From: a virus
Lineage: Duplodnaviria; Heunggongvirae; Uroviricota; Caudoviricetes
IMG/VR virus record: IMGVR_UViG_2541047715_000004
Strand: one strand, 5' to 3'
Length of the DNA: 64,000 nucleotides
Shown: positions 9,792 to 20,468 of the stretch, piece by piece
Position numbering within the stretch: the first letter of the stretch is position 1
Layout of the letters: the number at the start of each line of letters is the position of its first letter
Notes under the pieces: generated by a model
Told to the model about the DNA's origin: nothing
The model's input: the letters and a program-made list of their open reading frames with translations, nothing else
Databases searched by the model: none
Program-made: the position numbers and the translations under genes

Positions 9792-11704
9792 AGTTTTTAA
9801 AGCTCCAGGTTGAGAATTTTATGGCTATCGCCAGCGCGGAGGTCGAGTTAGATCAGCGTGGTTTAGTGCTTATTCAGGGTGTTAATAGTGATGATAGTTC
9901 CGCATCAAGTAATGGCTCAGGAAAGTCAACTCTAATGAATAGCCTGATGTGGTGTCTTTATGGCGAAACAGCTCATGGTGTGAAGGGTGACGATGTGTTG
10001 TCTACCGACCATGAAAAGAACTGTCGTGTTGCAGTAACCATCGAGGATGAAGGCAAGAGATACGCAATCATTCGTCACCGTAAACACAAAGAGTTCAAAA
10101 ATCGTCTTATCGTTCGTGGTGAAGATGGCGATATGACGAAAGGCAAAGATGCGCTGACGCAGGAGTTCGTCGAGCGTCTGATCGGTGCATCTAAAGAGGT
10201 TTTCATGGCTTCCATCTATGCGAGCCAAGAAGCTATGCCAGATTTACCTGGAATGTCCGACAAAAACCTCAAAACCATCGTAGAAGAAGCCGCTGGCGTT
10301 GACAGACTGACACGCGCCTACGCTATTGCTCGTGAGCGAGCTAATGCAGCTGCCGCACGTATGGATGTGGTTAAAACCAAATTGGAGTCGACAATCTCGA
10401 CCATTGAGGCAACACAGTCAGAAATTGAGTCAGCGAAAGCCTCCTCTGAATCATGGGAGCAAGAGCGTTCTAAACGTTATGACGATGCCCTGGCTGGGCT
10501 GGCCAGTGCCGAAGTTGAGTTAACGGAAGTTGAACTTGAGATCCGCACTCTTCCCGAACAGATACGTGATACCGAGAAGGCAATCGAAAGTGAGCGCAAA
10601 AAGTTAGCCTCAAAAGAAGAACATGACGCCAAGTTGCTCAAAGTTCGTGGTGCGATAACTGATATTCGGGCAAGCATCAAAGCTACAGAAAATAGTCAGG
10701 CTGATGCAATGAGCCGCGCGCGCAATTTTAAGACCAAAGCAGAAGAGGTTGGTACTAAAGTAGGATCACCATGCCCTACTTGTGGCAAAGCCTACTGCGA
10801 AGAAGATCTATCAACGGTGAAGGAGAATTTCATTGAACAAGCACGTCAGGAAATTGGTCAGGCGAAGACACTTGCAGAGGCAATGGCTAAACACAAAACG
10901 AATCTTGAGAAAGCGTTAAGCATTGAGTCTGCCCTTGTTAAAACGACACCTGATGTAACGGCTATCATTGCCCGGATTGAAGAGCTTACGAAACAACTCT
11001 CATCTTTGCGTCATCGTGAGAAGGAGGTTGTTGCTATTGAGTCTCTTGTGACTCGTGCTCGTACTGAGGTCGATCGTATATCAAAAGAGATTAATCCGTT
11101 TATTGCTCTTATCGCCAGACACGAAGATAACTTGGTATCCAGTAAGTCTACCTTCAAGTCCTTAAAAGATGAGTTGAAGGCTATTCAGGAACAAACGTTG
11201 CTATTGGAAAAAGCTCGTCAGGTCTACTCTCCTGCCGGGGTGCGTTCTCATATTTTGACGTCTGTTACGCCTTTCCTGAATACACGCACTGCCGAGTATC
11301 TCAATACGTTGTCTGACGGGAATATTACTGCTGAGTGGTCGACGATGGATGTCACTAAAAAAGGTGAGTATCGCGACAAATTCAACATTAGTGTGCAGAA
11401 GAAAGGTTCAAGTAAGTCGTTCCAGACCCTCTCTGGTGGTGAGAAGCGGAAGGTTCGCATTGCGTGTTCTTTGGCATTGCAGGATCTGGTTAGTAACCGG
11501 GCGAGTAAAAACATCGATTTGTTTATCGGCGACGAAATTGACGATGCACTCGATACAGCCGGTCTTGAACGCCTCATGGGTATTCTGGAGTCCAAAGCTC
11601 GCGAGCGAGGTACTGTGCTGATTATCTCCCATAAAGAGATGAAGTCATGGTTCCGGGAAACTATTACGCTGGAAGTTAAAGAGGGGCGCAGCTATGTCGT
11701 TTAA
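9788..11704 (+). CDS. SbcC/Rad50-like SMC ATPase
   Basis: N-terminal Walker A GSGKST, central coiled coil with CPTCG zinc-hook-like motif, C-terminal LSGGEKRK signature and DEID Walker B. Confidence 0.8.
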   Translation: MKFLKLQVENFMAIASAEVELDQRGLVLIQGVNSDDSSASSNGSGKSTLMNSLMWCLYGETAHGVKGDDVLSTDHEKNCRVAVTIEDEGKRYAIIRHRKHKEFKNRLIVRGEDGDMTKGKDALTQEFVERLIGASKEVFMASIYASQEAMPDLPGMSDKNLKTIVEEAAGVDRLTRAYAIARERANAAAARMDVVKTKLESTISTIEATQSEIESAKASSESWEQERSKRYDDALAGLASAEVELTEVELEIRTLPEQIRDTEKAIESERKKLASKEEHDAKLLKVRGAITDIRASIKATENSQADAMSRARNFKTKAEEVGTKVGSPCPTCGKAYCEEDLSTVKENFIEQARQEIGQAKTLAEAMAKHKTNLEKALSIESALVKTTPDVTAIIARIEELTKQLSSLRHREKEVVAIESLVTRARTEVDRISKEINPFIALIARHEDNLVSSKSTFKSLKDELKAIQEQTLLLEKARQVYSPAGVRSHILTSVTPFLNTRTAEYLNTLSDGNITAEWSTMDVTKKGEYRDKFNISVQKKGSSKSFQTLSGGEKRKVRIACSLALQDLVSNRASKNIDLFIGDEIDDALDTAGLERLMGILESKARERGTVLIISHKEMKSWFRETITLEVKEGRSYVV

Positions 11705-12437
11705 ATTAAGCCGCTCGCAGTTTTTGCAGGTATTTGCAGTGATGCAGTCGATAAAACTGATCAATGGGCATACTTCCAATGGTGCGGCTCCACGTATTCT
11801 GTGGGGCAGCAACAATATTGACGGAGTACAATTCGCCGCGTTGCTTGGTCTAATATCCGAGACGCCATTGATGCAAAGTTTGAAATCACTACCACCTGGA
11901 TGTATTGCGCCGATCCTGATTAATCCTTTTGTTGAGGGGGGATATCTTCCCAACGTCGGGCCTGGGTTTATTGCATCCCATGAAACTGAAGATCTTAACA
12001 TTAATAGCGAAGGGTTCTTTGGGGGAATGGGTGCGCATCACTGTATGGCTTTCACGAACCTTATTCGACTTGCCAATAAGCGGGTGGATAGTTTGGCATC
12101 GCCAGGTGATGCTTTTACTGGTTTCCTTATCCAAAGGAGGGATAAAAAGTACAGTGCGGACAAACTACAGTTTGTTGGTAAGTATGGAGAAATGGTAGAA
12201 ATCGAACTTCAGCTCCCTCATGTTTTAGCAAACGATAGTGCAGACAGTCGGAGGCTATTGGGCATCATGCGTCATTTCATAGCAAGTGGTGTTAAACATG
12301 CCGCAGATAAACGTGTCACGCAGGAAAATGAGTATTCAGACTTTGCAAACTATCCCCAACCAACGTTGCAAACGGCAATAGTAGCCAATTCGTTGGAGGC
12401 GAGATTATTGGAAAACCCTATATGGGGAACATGGTAA
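11694..12437 (+). CDS. hypothetical protein
   Basis: 247-aa ORF, start overlaps upstream stop. Confidence 0.45.
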   Translation: MSFKLSRSQFLQVFAVMQSIKLINGHTSNGAAPRILWGSNNIDGVQFAALLGLISETPLMQSLKSLPPGCIAPILINPFVEGGYLPNVGPGFIASHETEDLNINSEGFFGGMGAHHCMAFTNLIRLANKRVDSLASPGDAFTGFLIQRRDKKYSADKLQFVGKYGEMVEIELQLPHVLANDSADSRRLLGIMRHFIASGVKHAADKRVTQENEYSDFANYPQPTLQTAIVANSLEARLLENPIWGTW

Positions 12438-12446
12438 GGAGACTAT

Positions 12447-13016
12447 ATGAGTAAAAAAATCAGCGTAGTTGGTGTTGATCCCTCTATGAGCAACTTTGGG
12501 CTTGCTGTGGGCACTTTAGACCTTGAAACGGACGAACTTGAGATTCACGGCCTTACTCTTGTTGAGACTAAAGCGGGGAGTAACAAAAAGACCGTTCGTG
12601 TGAACAGTGACGATCTGCGCCGCGCCAGTGAAATATGGCGTGTTGCGAAGCCAATCATTGATAAGGCAAATATGGTTTTTTGTGAGCTACCGGTTGGGAG
12701 CCAAAACTCTCGTTCGCAGACGTCTTACGGTATTTGTATCGGTGTACTTGCGTGTGTGGATAAGCCATTGATCCAGGTTACTCCAAACGAAATCAAGCAT
12801 TTTGTCGGCAATAAACTTACTACATCGAAAGAAGAGATTATCCAGTGGGCTACGAAAAAACACCCTAAAGCACCGTGGCTGCGTCGTAAGCAATCTGGAC
12901 AGGATGTTCTCGTGAACAAAAACGAACATTTGGCTGATGCGGTGGCTGCCATCCATACCGGTATGCAAACAGATCAGTTCCGCCAGGTGCGCGATGTTCT
13001 TAAGTCTCTCATTTGA
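12447..13016 (+). CDS. RuvC-like Holliday-junction resolvase
   Basis: N-terminal VVGVDPSMSNFGLAV and C-terminal ADAVAA resemble RuvC catalytic motifs. Confidence 0.5.
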   Translation: MSKKISVVGVDPSMSNFGLAVGTLDLETDELEIHGLTLVETKAGSNKKTVRVNSDDLRRASEIWRVAKPIIDKANMVFCELPVGSQNSRSQTSYGICIGVLACVDKPLIQVTPNEIKHFVGNKLTTSKEEIIQWATKKHPKAPWLRRKQSGQDVLVNKNEHLADAVAAIHTGMQTDQFRQVRDVLKSLI

Positions 13017-13050
13017 TTTCATTGATAGGTAAGTGCTTATCTATTAACAT

Positions 13051-13080
13051 GGGCCACTATATTTAGTGGCCCTCTTTATT
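13051..13080 (+). terminator. rho-independent terminator
   Basis: Hairpin gggccactatatttagtggccc followed by T-rich run. Confidence 0.5.
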
Positions 13081-13089
13081 TGGTGATAC

Positions 13090-15405
13090 ATGATAAGCAT
13101 CGTAAAACGTAACGGCCAAACAGAGCCGTTATCCGAAGAAAAATACAACCGCGTCGTAATGTATGGCGTAGAAGGCATTCGTGGTGTAAGCGCATCCGCT
13201 GTAGCAATGGGAGCTGCGGCCAGCATTTTTGATGGGATTACCACCAGCCAGTTGCATGAGGCTTTGGTTAAATCTGCCGCTGATTTGATCTCACCAGAAG
13301 CACCAAATTACTCACAGGTGGCTGCCCGCCTGAACATTTTTAAAATCCGCAAAGATGCCTTCGGTCGTTACGACTATCCGAACTTCTACCAACACATTGT
13401 CAAGAACGTTAACAAGGGCGTTTATGACAAGGATTTGCTGACACATTATTCGTTTGAAGAGATCGAAGAACTCGGCAATTACATTAAGCCGAAACGTGAC
13501 GATCTTTTTGGCTATGCAGCTACGGTGCAGTTGCAAAGCAAATACCTCGTTCAAAACCGTGTTACTGGTGAGATTCACGAAGGCCCGCAACATATCTATA
13601 TGCTGGTGGGCATGTGTCTGTTCCAGAATTGGGAAGACGACTGCGCGGGCAAAACACGTATGGAGATGGTCAAAGGTTTCTATGACGTTACAAGTACGTT
13701 CAAACTGTCTCTGCCCACACCAATCATGGCTGGCGTCCGTACTCCAACCCGTCAGTTCTCCAGTTGTGTGCTGATTGAGTCTGGCGATAGTCTGAAAGGG
13801 ATTAGTGCAGCTTCAGCCGCAATTATCGACTACGTTTCACGTCGTGCTGGAATTGGTATTGGTTTTGGCCGTATCCGTGCGCTGGGCAGTGAGATCCGCA
13901 ATGGTGAAGCCACCCATACCGGAGTTATTCCATTCCTGAAGCATTTCCAGACTGCTGTTAAATCTTGCTCGCAAGGTGGTGTTCGTGGTGGCGCAGCAAC
14001 AGCGTTTTACCCGATCTGGCATCTTGAAGTTGAAAGTCTGCTGGTGGTGAAAAATAACCGTGGTATTGATGAAAACCGCGTTCGCCATCTTGATTACGGC
14101 GTCATGAGTAACCGTCTAATGTACCGTCGACTCGTCAGAAGCGAGAACATCACTCTGTTCAGCCCGCATGATGTGCCTGATATGTACGAAGCCTTCTTCA
14201 CAGACCAGGATCTGTTTGAAAAGCTGTACCATAAATACGAAGCCGATGATTCAATTCGCAAGAAGTCAGTACCTGCCATTGAGCTGTTCTCATCTCTGAT
14301 GCAGGAACGAGCGTCCACGGGCCGAATTTATATTGCGAACGTCGATCATATTAATGAGCATGGCGCTTTCATTCCTGCTCTTGCACCTGTCCGCCAGTCA
14401 AACCTGTGCATGGAGATCACTCTACCCACTCGTCCACTGGCATTTACCGACGACCCGAACGGTGAGATCGCGCTATGCACTTTATCCGCTTTTAACCTCG
14501 GAGCCATCCGTTCACTGGAGTCTCTTAAAGAGGTGGCGTTCTATGCCGTTGCTGCACTGGATTCGTTACTGGATTATCAAGACTATCCGATGGAGGCAGC
14601 CGAAGTGCCTGCCAAAGCTCGTCGTAGCTTGGGAATTGGTGTAACCAACTTTGCTTATTACCTGGCAAAGAATGGCGTTCGTTATTCTGATACCGCTGGC
14701 AATAAACTGGTGCATGAAACGTTCGAAGCTATCCAGTATTACCTTCTTGATGCCAGCTGCCGACTTGCTGAAGCAAAAGGTGAGTGTGACTGGTTTGAGC
14801 AGACCAAGTACGCAATTGGTCAGTTGCCGATCGACCATTACCGTTCTTCATTAGACGAAAGTGGCGAAACCAACTTTGAGTTAAAGATGCCGTGGGAAGA
14901 ACTGCGTGAACGTATTGCAAAATACGGCCTTCGCAACTCCACACTGACGGCACAAATGCCATGCGAGACTTCCAGCCAGATCACTAATTCCACCAACGGC
15001 ATCGAACCGCCTCGTGGCCCGGTGTCGGTGAAATCTTCTAAGGACGGCATCGTTAAGATGGTCGTGCCTGAGTTTGAAAAACTGAAGGAACAGTATGAAT
15101 ACCTGTGGGATATGCCGGACAACCGCGGCTATCTGACAAAGGTGGCGATCATCCAGAAGTTCTTTGACCAGGCTATTTCAGCCAATACCAACTATGACCC
15201 TTCTCGCTTTGAAGGCGATAAAGTCCCAATGATGACGCTACTGTCAGATTTGCTTCTCGCCTACAAGATGGGAGTTAAAACGCTTTACTACCACAACACC
15301 AGAGATGGGGCAGGAAAGCGTGATGACGACGAACCGCAGAATCCACTGACGCAAGCTGTAGCCGTCGAGCCAGAAGATGAGTGCGACGGAGCCTGCAAAA
15401 TCTGA
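13090..15405 (+). CDS. nrdA: ribonucleotide reductase class Ia large subunit
   Basis: Collinear with E. coli NrdA along its length, e.g. TPTRQFSSCVLIE, CSQGGVRGGAAT, NLCMEI, C-terminal CDGACKI. Confidence 0.92.
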   Translation: MISIVKRNGQTEPLSEEKYNRVVMYGVEGIRGVSASAVAMGAAASIFDGITTSQLHEALVKSAADLISPEAPNYSQVAARLNIFKIRKDAFGRYDYPNFYQHIVKNVNKGVYDKDLLTHYSFEEIEELGNYIKPKRDDLFGYAATVQLQSKYLVQNRVTGEIHEGPQHIYMLVGMCLFQNWEDDCAGKTRMEMVKGFYDVTSTFKLSLPTPIMAGVRTPTRQFSSCVLIESGDSLKGISAASAAIIDYVSRRAGIGIGFGRIRALGSEIRNGEATHTGVIPFLKHFQTAVKSCSQGGVRGGAATAFYPIWHLEVESLLVVKNNRGIDENRVRHLDYGVMSNRLMYRRLVRSENITLFSPHDVPDMYEAFFTDQDLFEKLYHKYEADDSIRKKSVPAIELFSSLMQERASTGRIYIANVDHINEHGAFIPALAPVRQSNLCMEITLPTRPLAFTDDPNGEIALCTLSAFNLGAIRSLESLKEVAFYAVAALDSLLDYQDYPMEAAEVPAKARRSLGIGVTNFAYYLAKNGVRYSDTAGNKLVHETFEAIQYYLLDASCRLAEAKGECDWFEQTKYAIGQLPIDHYRSSLDESGETNFELKMPWEELRERIAKYGLRNSTLTAQMPCETSSQITNSTNGIEPPRGPVSVKSSKDGIVKMVVPEFEKLKEQYEYLWDMPDNRGYLTKVAIIQKFFDQAISANTNYDPSRFEGDKVPMMTLLSDLLLAYKMGVKTLYYHNTRDGAGKRDDDEPQNPLTQAVAVEPEDECDGACKI

Positions 15406-15410
15406 CATAT

Positions 15411-15442
15411 GGTGGGGGATATCCCCACCTTCTCTTTGATTT
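15411..15442 (+). terminator. rho-independent terminator
   Basis: Hairpin ggtggggg-atat-ccccacc followed by T-rich run. Confidence 0.5.
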
Positions 15443-15511
15443 GTAAGCCTTGTTTAAACACATAAGATAACAACTTGTTTAAACGCACCAAAAAAGAAAA
15501 AGGAAAAACAC

Positions 15512-16654
15512 ATGTCATATTCAACGTTCCGTTTGGGTGCTAATGATGCAACCAAAGAGCCTATGTTCCTCGGACAATCTGTCAACGTGGCACGTTACGA
15601 TCAGCAAAAATACCGTGATTTTGAAAAGTTGATTGAACGTCAATTGTCTTTCTTCTGGCGGCCGGAAGAAGTTGATATTTCGAGTGATCGTATCGACTTC
15701 AACACGAAGCTGCGGGACCACGAACGTCACATTTTTCTGAGCAATCTCCGTTATCAAACGTTACTCGATTCAGTTCAGGGACGTAGCCCAAATGCAACGC
15801 TTCTGCCGCTTATCTCTATTCCTGAACTGGAAACGTGGGTTGAAACATGGTCTTTCTCTGAGACTATCCATAGCCGCAGCTACACCCACATTATTCGTGG
15901 CATGGTGGACGATCCGAGTATTGTTTTTGACGGTATTGTTACGGATGAAGAAATCATCAACCGAGCGATCAGTATCTCTGCTGAATATGACAGGCTTTAT
16001 GGGATGACCTGCGAGCGCCAGTCGTTAGGTGAGAAAGAGTTTGAACGTCTGTACGTAAATGAATATGGCTGGGAGCCATACCCTTTGCACCGTCAGCTTT
16101 TCCGCACGTTGGTGTCCATTAATGCGCTTGAGGCGATCCGTTTCTATGTAAGTTTTGCATGTACGTTTGCCTTTGGCGAACGGAAGTTGCTTGAGGGTAA
16201 CACCAAAATTATGCGCTTTATTGCCCGTGATGAAGCTCTGCATTGCGAAGGAACTGAACGCATGATCCGCTTCATGCGTACCGGTCGCGAAGGCTTATTG
16301 TGGAAAGAGATTGCTGCTGATGAAGAAAACGTCATTTACGACACCATGAAATCAGTCGCCGAACAAGAAATGAACTGGGCAGACTATCTCTTCAAAGACG
16401 GTTCGATGATTGGTTTAAACGCGGATATTCTGAAGACCTATGTAAAATACCGCACCAATCTGGCTATGAATCGTCTTGGCCTGAAGGCTTTATTTCCAGA
16501 AGTTACCACAGATCCGCTGGTCTGGATGAACAAGTGGTTGTTAACCGACACACTGCAAATTGCACCACAAGAGGCAGAGCAAAGCACATATCTGGTAGGT
16601 CAGATCGATTCTACCGTGGATAAGGCTTCTCTAAGCCAGTTTGCAGACCTGTAA
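15512..16654 (+). CDS. nrdB: ribonucleotide reductase class Ia small subunit
   Basis: Strong similarity to E. coli NrdB ([43 protein letters not shown]). Confidence 0.92.
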   Translation: MSYSTFRLGANDATKEPMFLGQSVNVARYDQQKYRDFEKLIERQLSFFWRPEEVDISSDRIDFNTKLRDHERHIFLSNLRYQTLLDSVQGRSPNATLLPLISIPELETWVETWSFSETIHSRSYTHIIRGMVDDPSIVFDGIVTDEEIINRAISISAEYDRLYGMTCERQSLGEKEFERLYVNEYGWEPYPLHRQLFRTLVSINALEAIRFYVSFACTFAFGERKLLEGNTKIMRFIARDEALHCEGTERMIRFMRTGREGLLWKEIAADEENVIYDTMKSVAEQEMNWADYLFKDGSMIGLNADILKTYVKYRTNLAMNRLGLKALFPEVTTDPLVWMNKWLLTDTLQIAPQEAEQSTYLVGQIDSTVDKASLSQFADL

Positions 16655-16731
16655 ACCGATACAAAGCATTATGTGGCCTGGCAACGCTGGGCCACAATGG
16701 ATCACAAGAATTAAGAAGGAACAAAACTAGT

Positions 16732-17601
16732 ATGAACTTTACCAAACTGACTGACCACCTGAAACTTGCCACCGATCGACTCATTGGATTTAAGCCAGAA
16801 CCATATGAGTTGCATGAAGGCCATGGTGTAGCCACTGAAAGTATTTACAAGATGGTCGATCAGTTTCATGAACTCTTCCAGCATCCGAGACGCGTTATGC
16901 CGACACCAGAGCTGCTTCGTCTCCGTGCAAGCCTGATTCATGAAGAAGCTGTAGTGGAAGGTATTCCAGCCGCAATGAATGGGGATATTGAGCAACTGCT
17001 GGATGCAATGGCCGACTTTTTATACGTTGGTGTTGGTACGATGGTCGCCATCAAAGGTGGTATTTCTACCGGCATGACCTATTACACGCAGGAACAGAGC
17101 ATTGATCGCTTTATGCAGACAATTTTTGTGCCCGGTAACACTGTTTTCGATGATATGGCAATGCCATTTCAGGAAGCTCGTGAGGCGTCATGTATGCTCG
17201 AAGAGCTGGCAGATAAACTTGAGAACAAGACTGTTAAGGATTCTGAGCTGATTCAGGAACTGCGCCGTGTCATGAACAAAATCTATGTGGCGTGCATGAT
17301 GACCTATCGACTGGCTGATTTCCTCGGTATCAATGTAGTCGAGCTGGTTGGCGAAATTCATCGGTCTAACATGACAAAATTATGGCCTGCTGATGTAGAG
17401 GAACGTCGCCAGGCTGTGGCCAACTGCAAATACGACTCTTCAGACCTGGGATTTCGCCATGCTGATGGTACCGATAAGATGATCGGTTTTCGAATTTCCG
17501 ATGGAAAGATTCTGAAGTCTCCAACCTATAGTGATGTCGATTTATCCTCCTTTGTTGAGCAAGCTAAAGCCTCAGCAATGTACGGAATGATCAAAAAATA
17601 A
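16732..17601 (+). CDS. putative MazG-like all-alpha NTP pyrophosphohydrolase
   Basis: Two EExxE...D-like acidic helix motifs (LIHEEAVVEG...DIEQLLDAMAD; QEAREASCMLEELADKLE). Confidence 0.35.
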   Translation: MNFTKLTDHLKLATDRLIGFKPEPYELHEGHGVATESIYKMVDQFHELFQHPRRVMPTPELLRLRASLIHEEAVVEGIPAAMNGDIEQLLDAMADFLYVGVGTMVAIKGGISTGMTYYTQEQSIDRFMQTIFVPGNTVFDDMAMPFQEAREASCMLEELADKLENKTVKDSELIQELRRVMNKIYVACMMTYRLADFLGINVVELVGEIHRSNMTKLWPADVEERRQAVANCKYDSSDLGFRHADGTDKMIGFRISDGKILKSPTYSDVDLSSFVEQAKASAMYGMIKK

Positions 17602-17669
17602 TTGTAGGTAGTTATCTATCTGTGTATATTTAACATGCGTAATAAAACTCTGGAATGACTATTCGTTTT

Positions 17670-17696
17670 GGTGGCCTATGGCCACCATTTTTTTAT
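17670..17696 (+). terminator. rho-independent terminator
   Basis: Hairpin ggtggcc-tat-ggccacc followed by TTTTTTT. Confidence 0.65.
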
Positions 17697-17771
17697 CTGT
17701 CTGGTCTTGTTCTCTCAATGAATGTAAACTCACACGATGAATAAGTAATTACTTATATTTGTGAGGTTTTT

Positions 17772-18875
17772 GTGTCACTCCTTTTGAATCGAGAGCATAC
17801 GAACGGTCAGGTAACAAACGCATCGTATGCAAAAGTTATTGAGACGGTGCTTAAAAGCGGCGTGCAGGCTGATGATCGCACAGGCACTGGTACTTTAAGC
17901 ACCTGCTACGTTCCCTCTTACTACATGCTTACTGGTGGGACTGTGCCGCTTATTTCTGGAAAGGCGGTAAATCTTAAGCCACTACTTGTCGAACTTGAGT
18001 GGTATCTGAAAGGCACGGGCAACATCCAATTTCTCAAGGATAACGGCGTTAAGATTTGGGATGCATGGGCCGATGAGAATGGCGATTTGGGGCCGGTTTA
18101 CGGTAAGCAGTGGCGTCGATGGGAAGATACCCGCATCGTGAGCCATAGTGAATATCTGAGCAAGATCGCTACTTTCCGTGAACGCGGGTACAAAGTCGAG
18201 GGATACCTGGGTATCAGTGAAGATCGCGTAGTGCTGTCCCGTGAAATCGATCAGCTACAGCGTATTGTCGATACACTGCGCACGAACCCTACCGATCGTC
18301 GCATCATGCTTAACGCATGGAACGTAGGCGAGCTTGAGGATATGAAACTGCCACCTTGCCACTTTGTCTTCTCTTTGTGGAGTCGTGAGCTGGATTTTGA
18401 AACCCGTTTAACGATGGCAACTGACATTGGTCTTCAACACAGTCGCCTCGGTTACGAGTCTATCTACACCAAGATGCTATACGATCTGGAGATGGACGGC
18501 AGTGTTACTGAAGCTGAACTGGATGAACTTGGAATCCCCAAACGCATCCTCAACTCCTGCCTCGTACAGCGTAGCGTAGACACTTTTGTTGGTATGCCAT
18601 TCAATATTGCTGGCTATGGCATTCTCACTCATTTTCTCGCGAAGATTACGGGTCACATGGCCGGTGCATTTGTGCATTTTGGCTTTGACGTGCATTTGTA
18701 CAACAACCACATGGAAGGTGTGTGTGAGCTAATGAAACGACAGGCTCCAGAGCATTCAGATCCGGTCGTTATTTTCCCTCATGAATGGTCAGAGTTGGAT
18801 GATTTCAAATGGGACGAGGTTTTAATTCTTGGCTATGACCCTCTACCGTGGATCAAGGTTCCAGTGGCGGTGTGA
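17772..18875 (+). CDS. thyA: thymidylate synthase homolog (ThyA fold, long variant, GTG start)
   Basis: ThyA motifs DRTGTGT, LxELxWYLKG, IWDAWA, GPVYGKQWRRW, PPCHFVF, QRSVDTFVGMPFNIAGY; about 60 extra residues between the PPCH and QRS motifs. Confidence 0.75.
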   Translation: MSLLLNREHTNGQVTNASYAKVIETVLKSGVQADDRTGTGTLSTCYVPSYYMLTGGTVPLISGKAVNLKPLLVELEWYLKGTGNIQFLKDNGVKIWDAWADENGDLGPVYGKQWRRWEDTRIVSHSEYLSKIATFRERGYKVEGYLGISEDRVVLSREIDQLQRIVDTLRTNPTDRRIMLNAWNVGELEDMKLPPCHFVFSLWSRELDFETRLTMATDIGLQHSRLGYESIYTKMLYDLEMDGSVTEAELDELGIPKRILNSCLVQRSVDTFVGMPFNIAGYGILTHFLAKITGHMAGAFVHFGFDVHLYNNHMEGVCELMKRQAPEHSDPVVIFPHEWSELDDFKWDEVLILGYDPLPWIKVPVAV

Positions 18876-18876
18876 T

Positions 18877-19290
18877 ATGGCAAGAGGTATGTATGTCTTA
18901 TGCGAAATTGAAGGTGTGCTGGCAAATGCCAGCCATCGTAAATCAGTATCTGACGCGGATGCAGGCCAGCTCATTGCCGGTGATGAACTCATTTTCCCCA
19001 CCAGCCGTATGTTGCGTGGTTTTGCTCGCTCAGGGGCTGAAGTGGTGCTTATCAGTAGCCGCTCTGAAACTCTTGAAGCGCCAACTAAACGATGGCTGAA
19101 AGATTTTGGCGTTGATTATGACTGGCTTCATCTTGTACCGAATGGCACCAGTTATGAGAAGCATATTAAGCGCACATTAGCGGAGCATAAAGGCGATCTG
19201 CTTATCGCTGCGCTGGTGCACGATCCTCGACTCCGTGCCGCTTTAGCCGACTCTCACCATCGACCGGTCATCTATGAGGTGAGCAAATGA
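18877..19290 (+). CDS. hypothetical protein, possibly degenerate HAD-like
   Basis: Start taken at ATG 18877 just after thyA stop; N-terminal CEIEGVLA resembles HAD motif I with Asp residues replaced. Confidence 0.35.
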   Translation: MARGMYVLCEIEGVLANASHRKSVSDADAGQLIAGDELIFPTSRMLRGFARSGAEVVLISSRSETLEAPTKRWLKDFGVDYDWLHLVPNGTSYEKHIKRTLAEHKGDLLIAALVHDPRLRAALADSHHRPVIYEVSK

Positions 19291-19763
19291 AGATGATCGC
19301 TGCTGTTGGCCGTAACTATGAGATCGGCATAGCGAATGAACTCCCCTGGCGTTGTTCTACCGATCTGAAGCTATTTAAGAGACTCACCAAAAACGCCACT
19401 GTCGTTATGGGGCGTAAAACGATGGAAAGTCTCAAACGCCCTCTTCCAGAGCGTCATAACCTCGTTTTGACGCGCTCTCATGGCTTTGTACCAAATGGAT
19501 TCTACCCTGCTGGTGTGGATGATGTGTTGCGATTACCAGAGCCTGTGTGGGTGATTGGCGGGGAACAAATTTACTCGCTATTCATGCCGCATGTTGAAGA
19601 GATTTGGCTCTCCCACATCGGCGTTGATGTACCAAACGCCGATGCATTCTTCCCGGCAAGCATGATGCGTAACTTAGGCTTTGTGCCTGTTGAAACAGCT
19701 TATACCCAACGAGCCAGCGAGGAAGAGCCTGGCTTTTCGCAGATCGTATACAGAAGGTCGTAA
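19287..19763 (+). CDS. folA: dihydrofolate reductase
   Basis: MIAAVGRNYEIGIANELPWR...VVMGRKT pattern typical of DHFR; follows thyA homolog. Confidence 0.8.
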   Translation: MKMIAAVGRNYEIGIANELPWRCSTDLKLFKRLTKNATVVMGRKTMESLKRPLPERHNLVLTRSHGFVPNGFYPAGVDDVLRLPEPVWVIGGEQIYSLFMPHVEEIWLSHIGVDVPNADAFFPASMMRNLGFVPVETAYTQRASEEEPGFSQIVYRRS

Positions 19764-20407
19764 TGGATTACCGGATTGGGATCACTGGTGCTCAGGGCAG
19801 TGGGAAAACAACCCTGGCAAAATATATCGACAAACATTACGGAATCCCTTACGTGGATGCTGGTGTCGGAAGTTTGATGAGCCGCCTCGGTGTTCGAGTA
19901 GGTGAGTCTATGCCTCTATATGAGCGGCTTCAGATTCAAATGGAAATAGCAAAGCATATAGAGCTACTTACGCGTGGTGTTGAAGGCTTTGTTATCGATC
20001 GCACACCTGCTGATGTTATGGCCTACACGTTGGATTTGGTCGGCCATACCAATGAAGATCGATGTATTGAGTTAGCCCTCGATATCGAAAAGTTTTGCCA
20101 CAAAACTGCTATTTCAAACTTTAACGCCATTGCTGGCTTACGCCCGGGAGTCGCTCTCTCAGAGCGAGATTACTTGCGATCACAACGAGCATCATTAGAC
20201 CGTCTGTATGTCGCTCGTATTGATGCGTTGATGTGCGGGGAACTGACAAAAATTCACCTGCATCCGCAAAGGGGGGATCTGCAAACCTTCGTCGTTTCCA
20301 ACCGATATCGCACGGTTGAAGCAAGAGCCAGATCAGTGATGAGAATGCTAGATAACGCTGTAGAAAAGATAGAAAACCGGTTCTGTGGCCGAGTGACCGT
20401 TCATTAG
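19763..20407 (+). CDS. P-loop nucleotide/nucleoside kinase
   Basis: Walker A GAQGSGKTT near N-terminus, small size; exact substrate unknown. Confidence 0.55.
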   Translation: MDYRIGITGAQGSGKTTLAKYIDKHYGIPYVDAGVGSLMSRLGVRVGESMPLYERLQIQMEIAKHIELLTRGVEGFVIDRTPADVMAYTLDLVGHTNEDRCIELALDIEKFCHKTAISNFNAIAGLRPGVALSERDYLRSQRASLDRLYVARIDALMCGELTKIHLHPQRGDLQTFVVSNRYRTVEARARSVMRMLDNAVEKIENRFCGRVTVH

Positions 20408-20468
20408 AAATTGTTCGCCTCTTCGACATTGCGACAATAAAACTCTCAAAATGGGTTAAGGATAAAAA

